Below the pieces are notes generated by a model. The model searched no databases. It worked only from the letters and a program-made list of their open reading frames with translations, and was not told where the DNA came from. A stretch of DNA of 19,675 bases, taken from the NCBI GenBank assembly GCA_040326155.1, contig JBEQLE010000074.1, positions 1-19,675 on the forward strand, read 5' to 3'. Within the stretch, counting starts at the first letter, position 1, and each line of letters opens with the position of its first letter. This DNA is from Leptospirales bacterium. Its GTDB lineage: Bacteria > Spirochaetota > Leptospiria > Turneriellales > JAOUFE01. Of this stretch, positions 1-7,547 are shown one piece after another. A program made the translations under genes and the position numbers.

Positions 1-1
1 C

Positions 2-985
2 GATACATTTTTTTTATTTTCTATTTTTTTTGGCGGCGGAACACCTTCGGTGGCTCCCGTATGGTTTATTTCAGCCGTAATAGAAATGATACAAAAAAGC
101 TTTCATTCGAAGCGGCGCAATATCGAAATTACAATGGAAGCCAACCCTGAGCATATTACCGAAAAAGTTGTAAAAGAATTACATAAGGCCGGTATTAATA
201 GAATTTCTCTGGGTGTACAAAGCCTTTCTGAAAAAGATCTGGAATACCTGGAACGAAACGCCGGAGCCCAAAAAACCAGAGAAGCGATTCAAATTCTAAG
301 TGCAGGTCCGGTTGAAAATATAAGTGCAGATGTCATCTATGCTATACCGGGTCAAACCACAAGAGGTATAGAGAATACATTAAATGTATTATTGGAATCG
401 AATATTAGTCATATTTCTGCATACTCGTTAACGGTGGCCCACGATACAGTTTTAAATAAAATGATAGAAGCGGGGAAAAGAAAAAAGCCTTCAAGCGCAA
501 GAGAGTATCACAGTTATAAATTTATTCGAGATTTTTTGAAGGAGAACGGTTACATACAATATGAAGTTTCGAATTACTGTCTGCCCGGTAAAAAGTCGGG
601 GCATAATAGTTTGTATTGGAAATATCGTCCTTTCGCAGGTCTTGGACCTTCGGCTCATTCGTTTGTAGCGCCAAACCGTTATTATAATAAATCTGAAGTG
701 GAAATTTATTTAGAAAAAAAACCGCAACAATATCGGGTATCTGAAGAAAGCGCCGTATGGCCTGAACTGTTCATTGGAACAATGCGTTTATGCCAACCAC
801 AGGGAAACTCTCTTTTTAAACAGTCGTTAAGTAGGAATGAGTGGAAAACTTTTGAAAAACTGCAAAAAGATTTTGCAGACAAAGGCTGGATGCATATCTT
901 GAAGAATGGTTTTGAAATAACCGAACAAGGTATTTTACATTCTGATACAATGTTAGAACAGTGCGCCAATGCGGTTTCATTTTAA
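2..985 (+). CDS. hemW: Radical SAM heme chaperone HemW (HemN-like), 5'-truncated by the window edge
   Basis: The frame is open from base 2 and reads SIFFGGGTPS upstream of the ORF-track GTG at 50, so the true start lies outside the window. Family motifs EITMEANP, RISLGVQS, HISAYSL, YEVSNY, HNSLYW (HNxxYW, typical of HemW) and GLGPSAHS are present. Confidence 0.88.
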   Translation, partial: DTFFLFSIFFGGGTPSVAPVWFISAVIEMIQKSFHSKRRNIEITMEANPEHITEKVVKELHKAGINRISLGVQSLSEKDLEYLERNAGAQKTREAIQILSAGPVENISADVIYAIPGQTTRGIENTLNVLLESNISHISAYSLTVAHDTVLNKMIEAGKRKKPSSAREYHSYKFIRDFLKENGYIQYEVSNYCLPGKKSGHNSLYWKYRPFAGLGPSAHSFVAPNRYYNKSEVEIYLEKKPQQYRVSEESAVWPELFIGTMRLCQPQGNSLFKQSLSRNEWKTFEKLQKDFADKGWMHILKNGFEITEQGILHSDTMLEQCANAVSF

Positions 986-1837
986 TTTTGCAAAACCTGC
1001 GTAGCAGTAGACACACCGGTGATGGCAAGAGTTGTATGCTCCAATATCTTTACTTTGAATACAGCCGCAACCATTGCGCTGGCCAGGGTCTTTTAGCTTA
1101 GGTATTAAGGAGATATTTTTAAGTAAACTCGAAATAAGATCAGGGTCTATACATTTGTTGTGGTGAATACCTGTCGGCACACGCTCGGGTGGTTCACAAC
1201 AATGGTTTACTTCGAGTTTAAATTGGGTCAGCTCTTTAAATAATTTACCAAGATGGGTTATATCGGCGGGTTGGGGTTTTCGCCATGCTATTTCGTTTTT
1301 ATTCATTCGGGATAAAACTTTTTTATATTCATCTATTCGGGCAAAACTATAAACAAGTTTACGGGTATATCCCTGAAGTCTTTCCGCTAGGAAACGAATT
1401 CGGTCCGCAGTTTTTTCAATGGTAAGATCGTTCGTAAGCAGTATCGGGTCATAGCGCCAGATTACACGTTCGGGTCCGATTTTCTCGGACAAGCGGTAAA
1501 AACTATTTAATCTATGTTCTAAGTTTGGCAGCCCTTGTTCATATTTTTCTTTTTCATAATTATTCAAAGAGTATTGAAAATAGAATGTAATATCATTATC
1601 GGTAAACGTTTTCAAATAAGGAAGAATCGGGTCAGGATTTTTTGTCCAGAAAACGATGCATTTTACATTGTCTGTATGTACGGTATAGGGTTTTCCATTG
1701 AAGGGATTTTTCGGCGTAAACGTTCCCGATCGAAAGTCTCGTATAAACTGTTTGGCATAAAAAGCGGGTATATCGGTGCGACGGCTGGCCGAAAGAATGA
1801 AAGGAAACGATGACGATACTGGCCTATTTTGGCTCAT
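977..1837 (-). CDS. DUF1848 family protein (Fe-S/radical-SAM-like, C-terminal CxxxCxxC)
   Basis: N-terminal SASRRTDIPAFY, VFWTKNP, WRYDPI and C-terminal GQRxxCGCxxSxDIGxYxxCxxxCxYCYA are characteristic. The start overlaps the upstream stop (TAATG, 1839-1835) and the stop overlaps the hemW 3' end by 9 bp. Confidence 0.88.
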   Translation of the reverse strand: MSQNRPVSSSFPFILSASRRTDIPAFYAKQFIRDFRSGTFTPKNPFNGKPYTVHTDNVKCIVFWTKNPDPILPYLKTFTDNDITFYFQYSLNNYEKEKYEQGLPNLEHRLNSFYRLSEKIGPERVIWRYDPILLTNDLTIEKTADRIRFLAERLQGYTRKLVYSFARIDEYKKVLSRMNKNEIAWRKPQPADITHLGKLFKELTQFKLEVNHCCEPPERVPTGIHHNKCIDPDLISSLLKNISLIPKLKDPGQRNGCGCIQSKDIGAYNSCHHRCVYCYAGFAKLK

Positions 1838-4665
1838 TAAAATGCCAATTGAAAAGATAAATTGAAAATGGATTGTACCACGGTTTTATCTTCATTAAAC
1901 AAATAAACAAAACGAACGCCGGTATCAAATGAAAAACCAAGGTCAAAGGGAATAATTTCGAAAAGTATATCAACTCCTGTGGAACTGACCGTTCCCGCAG
2001 TTGATAAATAATTTCCGAGAATGGCATAATCATAAAACAGATTTGCCTTAATGAGTTTACAATACACAAACAAAGTCCATGGAATTAAATTTACGTCGGC
2101 ATAAATTAACGGAAAAGAGTAGTTCGCGCTGTGCATTATTATATTGTCAGCTGTCGTGGTTTCATAGCCTCTTGGATACTGGCCCATTTGATTAAAAGGG
2201 GAGACACGAGTTCTGAAATCGCTGAGTTGATATTCAGCAAAAAACGTAAATGCATGATTCTGAAAAAAACCGGGAAAAGAGAGTAAACCATTTATGAGAA
2301 AATTCTCGCCAAATCCACTTGTTGTAAGCACAGCATTTCGAGTATATTCAGCGTATATGCGTTCCGTAAAAGAGGGGGAAAAACGAAACAGATTTTTGTT
2401 TCCACTTTTGTGTAAATAGTGTTCAAAAAACACTCCATAAAAATAATTTGTTCGATTATCCTCTTGCAACGACACACCGTCACTTTTAAAGTTTTCAGGG
2501 TCAATTACCCCGGCGGTCGGACCCAGGTAAATTCCGTGATCCCAGAGACCTCTTGATAAAATTAAGGGAAGAGTTATACGAGCGTTCGCCCTTTTATACT
2601 TTCCGGAAATTAGAGCACCTTCTGTATTGTACCCAAAAAATTCTCCCGTACCACCGAGCACTGTAATAATTGGATACCAGGCGCGAAAATTTACAGCCCC
2701 GGCAATTTCATAATTACTTCGATTACCATAATAAGAACTGAGTACGACATCCATTGTGTTCATTTTATCTGTAGATGTAAGTGATAAAACTACTCCGGTT
2801 AAGTTGAGAGTAGGTACAATACTCCAACTATGCAAATTCAATGCATTGAAAAATTTTGAATAACGTTTTACCGGCAAGTCTACTTCAGCCATAGCCGTTT
2901 TTTCCCAGTCTATTGACTTTTGACTCTCTTCTTTCATAAGAACCGGTTCAACTCTCTCAGGTTTTACCGCCACCCACTGCGAAGGTTTTATTGTTTTTTT
3001 GACTATACTGCGCCCTTTCGAAGTAAAGTCGGTATAATAAAGGGTTTTACCGTCTGCTGAAATAAATGGATCAAAAGCTCCATAACGGACATTCGTTACA
3101 CGATAATATTTTTTGTTTTTTATATTAAAAGCAAAAATGTTATCCATGCCATTAAACGTACCGTGAAAAAATACCCATTGTTTATGCGCGAAAGGAGAGT
3201 CCAGATAAGTGGGGATATCTTTGGCGATAATTTTCAATCGCCCCTTGTTATAATCATAAGAGTAAATTTGCCTGCCCTTCCATGTTTGAGTGACGACGGA
3301 CAGAGAGTCGTTAGAATTTCCCCAACCTATGGCTACCGGCGTCTCTCCTTTTGGAAAATCGACCATTCTTATGAATGCCGATGTTTGAATGTTCCAGAAG
3401 GTAATAAATCCAGATCCGCTTTTATCAAATCCGATGGCGGCCAGTTTTTCTCCCTTCGGTGAGATCGTCGGGCTTTTCAAATTCAGTTTACTCGTTATTT
3501 TTTTTGTTTTTCTGGTATTCAGGTTATAAACTTTTATGACCGATCGAGTTGTAGAATACCGAACTCCGTAAATAGTTTCTTCCCAGGCAAACTTGCCGGA
3601 ACGTGAGGAAAGCGTTTGCACATTCAATGGTACCAGCCTGAGAGTTTTTTCTTCGCCGGTTTTGTCTATTTTTACAATCGCATGATGGTCAAATTTACCA
3701 TACTTTAAGCCGTAAACCTCACCAGTGGCGCCGGGTGCTGGAAATCGATATTCCGTAAAAACACGTTTGTCTGGATTAATGGGTTCCAGAACTTCCGGCG
3801 ATTTCGGACTTCGCAGGTCCCAGTAAACACGAAGTTCTTCCATTGCTTCGGCATATAAGGCGCTTTTTGTTTTTCCAGTATATTTTTTTAAGGCTCGTGA
3901 AAAAAGCCAGGGTGGAAAATAAGATGAGCTGGCAATGTGAGTCATGATTTCGCCCCACACCTCTTCGCCATATTTTCGACGAACATGAGCGACTAACAAA
4001 TAGCCTAACTCATATGGTCCTAATCCGGGTTTTATATAAGAACCATAAAATGCTGTAGAATAACTCAAAGGGTTGCCCGATTGTAAGAGTGTTCTTGAGA
4101 GCATTGTAAATTCGGGTAAGCGTCCGCGACCTGTTTTAGAAAGCTGGGTTTCCAGATATACGGAGTCGCCTTCGCTAAACCATCGCGGCAGAAGGAAAGA
4201 GCTGAGAAAAGCTGTTCCGGATTGACCAAAGAAAACATAATAGACTTTGCTAAAATCTGTATTTAATTTGTCGTATTGGGCTATATGGCGAATTTCATGT
4301 ATTGCCAATAACAGTGTCCAGTCTTCATAATAAAGAGAATTTACAGGAGGGGTATGGTAAAATTGTGAATATCTCGGCATTAAGGCGGCATAGGCGTTAG
4401 AATATGAATTTACATTATCGAGAATTATGGTAACTTTTTTGGTTTCTGAGTCGATAGATGCTCCGACTCGGGTATCGAGTTCGTTCACGATGTTGGCCAG
4501 TTTGCGGGCTTCATACTCAAGTTCCGCTGGAAATACGATTTCATATTTTCCGGTATTTATTTTATACCATTTTATGCCGGGTGGGGCCTGGGCGAAAAGT
4601 CCCGAATTGAGAAAAACGAACAATAAACAGGTTGATAATAAAGTTCGGTATATAAAATTCCACAT
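1837..4665 (-). CDS. Outer-membrane protein: signal peptide, gluzincin-like metallopeptidase domain, TolB/PD40-like beta-propeller and putative Omp85-like C-terminal beta-barrel
   Basis: Sec signal (GLFA|Q). HEIRH at aa123-127 with downstream LPRWFSEG. Propeller-like repeats SPTISPKGEKLA and DPFISADGKTLYY. Alternating aromatic beta-strands, a PRGY motif and a terminal Phe (FNLSFQLAF). Confidence 0.7.
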   Translation of the reverse strand: MWNFIYRTLLSTCLLFVFLNSGLFAQAPPGIKWYKINTGKYEIVFPAELEYEARKLANIVNELDTRVGASIDSETKKVTIILDNVNSYSNAYAALMPRYSQFYHTPPVNSLYYEDWTLLLAIHEIRHIAQYDKLNTDFSKVYYVFFGQSGTAFLSSFLLPRWFSEGDSVYLETQLSKTGRGRLPEFTMLSRTLLQSGNPLSYSTAFYGSYIKPGLGPYELGYLLVAHVRRKYGEEVWGEIMTHIASSSYFPPWLFSRALKKYTGKTKSALYAEAMEELRVYWDLRSPKSPEVLEPINPDKRVFTEYRFPAPGATGEVYGLKYGKFDHHAIVKIDKTGEEKTLRLVPLNVQTLSSRSGKFAWEETIYGVRYSTTRSVIKVYNLNTRKTKKITSKLNLKSPTISPKGEKLAAIGFDKSGSGFITFWNIQTSAFIRMVDFPKGETPVAIGWGNSNDSLSVVTQTWKGRQIYSYDYNKGRLKIIAKDIPTYLDSPFAHKQWVFFHGTFNGMDNIFAFNIKNKKYYRVTNVRYGAFDPFISADGKTLYYTDFTSKGRSIVKKTIKPSQWVAVKPERVEPVLMKEESQKSIDWEKTAMAEVDLPVKRYSKFFNALNLHSWSIVPTLNLTGVVLSLTSTDKMNTMDVVLSSYYGNRSNYEIAGAVNFRAWYPIITVLGGTGEFFGYNTEGALISGKYKRANARITLPLILSRGLWDHGIYLGPTAGVIDPENFKSDGVSLQEDNRTNYFYGVFFEHYLHKSGNKNLFRFSPSFTERIYAEYTRNAVLTTSGFGENFLINGLLSFPGFFQNHAFTFFAEYQLSDFRTRVSPFNQMGQYPRGYETTTADNIIMHSANYSFPLIYADVNLIPWTLFVYCKLIKANLFYDYAILGNYLSTAGTVSSTGVDILFEIIPFDLGFSFDTGVRFVYLFNEDKTVVQSIFNLSFQLAF

Positions 4666-4749
4666 AACGTCATTTTGCTAATTTGAAAATCAAAGTAAAG
4701 AATAAAATAGATTTCCGGTGTCCGGAAAATGAAAATTTTTCTGTGTTTG

Positions 4750-4769
4750 TTGACCAAAATAGTGGTCAA
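4750..4769. promoter_or_regulatory. Inverted repeat TTGACCA-N6-TGGTCAA, candidate transcription-factor operator between the divergent OMP gene and trxB
   Basis: Perfect 7-bp arms read directly from the sequence. The right arm overlaps a candidate trxB -35 (TGGTCA 4763-4768, 17-bp spacer, TACTTT 4786-4791). Confidence 0.5.
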
Positions 4770-4798
4770 ATTGTACCCGATTCGTTACTTTGCCGCAT

Positions 4799-5743
4799 AT
4801 GAATGAAAATAATCACTATGATGTTATAATTATCGGTTCCGGCCCGGCGGGGTATACTGCGGGTATCTATACCGGAAGATCCAGCTTAAAAACTCTTATT
4901 ATTGAGGGTATTGAGTGGGGTGGTCAATTAATGATTACTTCAGAGTTAGAGAATTTTCCAGGGTTTCCTGATGGAATTAATGGTCCAGATTTTATGGAGC
5001 TTTTGCGAAAACAGGCCCAAAGGTTCGGGGCTAAACTGGTAACAAACCTGGCCGATGAAGCTGTTTTAACTGGCGATGGTCCTTTTGAAGTTACAGTTAC
5101 CGGAGAAAAATATACTTCAAAGTCTATTATTGTAGCGACAGGGGCTACTGCCAGATTTCTAGGCATTCCGTCCGAGAAAGAGTATAAAGGTAAAGGGGTT
5201 TCTGCGTGTGCAACCTGCGACGGATTTTTCTTTAAAGAAAAAGAAGTGGTTGTAGTTGGCGGCGGTGACAGCGCTCTTGAAGAGGCGATCTTTTTAACGA
5301 AGTTTGCAAGTAAGGTTTCGATTGTTCACAGAAGGGATGTTTTTCGGGCCAGCCAGATTATGGTGGATAGAGCGAAAGAGAACCCTAAAATTGATATTTT
5401 AACTTTTAAAGTTATTGATGAAATTTACGGCGATGCAAAGACCGGAACAGTGGCCGGTATAAAATTAAAAGATACTAAAACCGGTGCAATTGAAGATTTT
5501 GCAACCCAGGGTGTTTTTGTGGCGATTGGTCACGATCCGAATACGAAGCTTTTTGAAAATCAGTTGGACCTTGATGAGAGCAAATACATTATTACTAAAC
5601 CGGAAAGAACAGAAACAAATATTCCAGGGGTGTTTGCCGCAGGGGATGTAAAAGATTCATATTATCGTCAGGCTATTACCGCCGCGGGCAGTGGGTGTCA
5701 GGCGGCAATAGAAGTTGAAAAATATATAGAATCACTAGAATAA
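4799..5743 (+). CDS. trxB: Thioredoxin-disulfide reductase
   Basis: GSGPAG FAD-binding motif, GGQL, ENFPGF, CATC redox centre, GGGDSALEEA, HRRD and RQAITAAGSG. The ATG at 4799 is preferred over the TTG at 4790. Confidence 0.97.
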   Translation: MNENNHYDVIIIGSGPAGYTAGIYTGRSSLKTLIIEGIEWGGQLMITSELENFPGFPDGINGPDFMELLRKQAQRFGAKLVTNLADEAVLTGDGPFEVTVTGEKYTSKSIIVATGATARFLGIPSEKEYKGKGVSACATCDGFFFKEKEVVVVGGGDSALEEAIFLTKFASKVSIVHRRDVFRASQIMVDRAKENPKIDILTFKVIDEIYGDAKTGTVAGIKLKDTKTGAIEDFATQGVFVAIGHDPNTKLFENQLDLDESKYIITKPERTETNIPGVFAAGDVKDSYYRQAITAAGSGCQAAIEVEKYIESLE

Positions 5744-5760
5744 AATTAAATAAGTTTATT

Positions 5761-6540
5761 CTAATTATCTGTAATCTCCAGGCAGATGGGGCAGTGGTCT
5801 GATCCCATTTGTTTGGAGAGGTGACTGACATTTTGGACGTTTTCGATATCCGATTTATCAACAAGAAAATAATCGATTCTCCAGCCAACGTCTCTGTCTC
5901 TCGCGCGAGTCTGCATATTCCACCAGGTATAACTGGAGGTATCGGGGTTTCTTTTTCTGTAAGTATCGACCCAATCGGCGGCAATTACTTTGTCGGCCCA
6001 GGCCCTTTCTTCCGGGCGAAAACCGATATTGCCTTCATTTTCTTTTGGGCGGGCCAGGTCTATTTCATTGTGGGCAACATTTAAGTCTCCACACCAGATT
6101 ACTTTTCTGCCTTTTTTTCGCAGTTTGTTTATGTACTTTAAAAAGTGATCATAAAAACGGAGTTTTTCTTGCCATGCTTCGGGGCTTTTTCCACCATTGG
6201 GAAAATAGACTCCAATGAATGTCCGCTGCGTGAAGTCGACTTGAATGATTCTTCCTTCCATATCGTTCCATCCCGGCATTTTGGTAATCAGGGTGGGTTC
6301 TGTTGCGGAAAATTTTTTACTTACCCAGGCGCTGACTCCGGAATATCCCGCTTTTTCGGCGGAATGGTAATACTGATGAAACGATTCATTCTGTGTCAAT
6401 AATTCAGACAATTGTTCGGGTTTGGCTTTAGTTTCCTGGATAAATAGAATGTCGGGTTTTTCTCCGGCCAGCAATGTTTGCAACTCACCTTTACGTTCAA
6501 CCGCTCGAATTCCGTTTACATTCCAGGATATGATTTTCAT
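5761..6540 (-). CDS. xth: Exodeoxyribonuclease III / AP endonuclease
   Basis: SWNVNGIRA, QETK, GYSGV, EGR, YFPNG, GDLNVAH, YTWW, GWRIDYF and SDHCP motifs. Confidence 0.96.
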   Translation of the reverse strand: MKIISWNVNGIRAVERKGELQTLLAGEKPDILFIQETKAKPEQLSELLTQNESFHQYYHSAEKAGYSGVSAWVSKKFSATEPTLITKMPGWNDMEGRIIQVDFTQRTFIGVYFPNGGKSPEAWQEKLRFYDHFLKYINKLRKKGRKVIWCGDLNVAHNEIDLARPKENEGNIGFRPEERAWADKVIAADWVDTYRKRNPDTSSYTWWNMQTRARDRDVGWRIDYFLVDKSDIENVQNVSHLSKQMGSDHCPICLEITDN

Positions 6541-6549
6541 TTGAATAAT

Positions 6550-7125
6550 TTATTGAATATCTTTTGCGCGCAATTCGTCAGCTTTGCTTTTATATAATTC
6601 CATAGAATCGGCTACGAGTTTTTGAGCTTCGGCGCTGCCGACGAAGTCTTTTACTTCGACAACTTTTTTTTCCAGGTTTTTGTACACTAAGAAAAACTGT
6701 TTTAGTTCCTGTAATTTCATTTCGGGAAATTCAGACAAATCGTAAACATCGCGATAAGCCGGGTCTCCGGGGAATACCGCAATAATTTTGTCGTCAGATT
6801 CACCGTCATCGATCATTTCCATTGCGCCGATTACACGACATGCTGCGATAGAACGAGGGTAAAATGGCTCTTGAGCGAAAAGGACTATATCTAAAGGGTC
6901 TCCATCTTCGCAGTAGGACTGTGGAATAAAACCATAATTTGCAGGGTACGTATACGATCCGTATAAAATTCGGTCCACTACAATGAGCCCACTTTTTTTA
7001 TCGAGTTCGTATTTTACTTTGGAACCCTGGGGTATTTCAATAACTCCATTTACAACTTTGGGAGCATCTTTGCCCACATCAAGGGAGTGCCAGGGATGCA
7101 AAACCGGGTAACTTCTGAATTCCAT
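6550..7125 (-). CDS. ppa: Family I inorganic pyrophosphatase
   Basis: HPWH, VIEIPQGSKVKYE, YPANYGFIP, DGDPLD, DDGESDDK and YKNLE motifs. SD-like AAAGGA upstream. Probably co-transcribed with xth (9-bp gap). Confidence 0.96.
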   Translation of the reverse strand: MEFRSYPVLHPWHSLDVGKDAPKVVNGVIEIPQGSKVKYELDKKSGLIVVDRILYGSYTYPANYGFIPQSYCEDGDPLDIVLFAQEPFYPRSIAACRVIGAMEMIDDGESDDKIIAVFPGDPAYRDVYDLSEFPEMKLQELKQFFLVYKNLEKKVVEVKDFVGSAEAQKLVADSMELYKSKADELRAKDIQ

Positions 7126-7410
7126 ATTATTTCCTTTTCGTCTATTTTGATCTGTTCATTGTATCAAATAAAAATTCATTTTAAGATTTTGATTTTAGAC
7201 TGTGGTTCGTTTTTGATATGAAACCAGATAAAATATTTTCTAAAGCAAGGCGTCAAGTGTTTTCTACTGTTTAGTTTTGAGGCAAACGCCCATGAAATGT
7301 GAACGGCGCAGCCGCTGCCGGGTATTCGGTCGCATTCCGTACGAATATACATGAGGAATGTTATTCCTTTACTTCCCTGTTGTGCCTGGCTGGAGCTCGG
7401 CCTGAAATTA

Positions 7411-7426
7411 ATATTTATATAAATAT
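7411..7426. repeat. Perfect 16-bp AT-only palindrome ATATTTATATAAATAT
   Basis: Read directly from the sequence, in the ppa/helicase divergent intergenic region. Function unknown. Confidence 0.4.
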
Positions 7427-7547
7427 GGATTATTATTCAACAGTTGTACGTTAAAATCCAATCAATGGGTGTTCGTTTTCTGACTCATGTAACGCGAAAG
7501 GAGTTGCTGGACACGACAGGAACATTTAGAACTTTGCGTAACGCTTT

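Noticed and set aside
50..52. ORF-track GTG start for hemW
   Set aside because: The frame is open upstream and encodes the conserved FGGGTPS motif. The N-terminal CxxxCxxC must lie before the window.
7281..7330. Confident c-di-GMP-I riboswitch call
   Set aside because: The GAAA loop is not closed by a paired stem, and the GCAAAG and CTAA elements are altered. It is kept only as a low-confidence finding.
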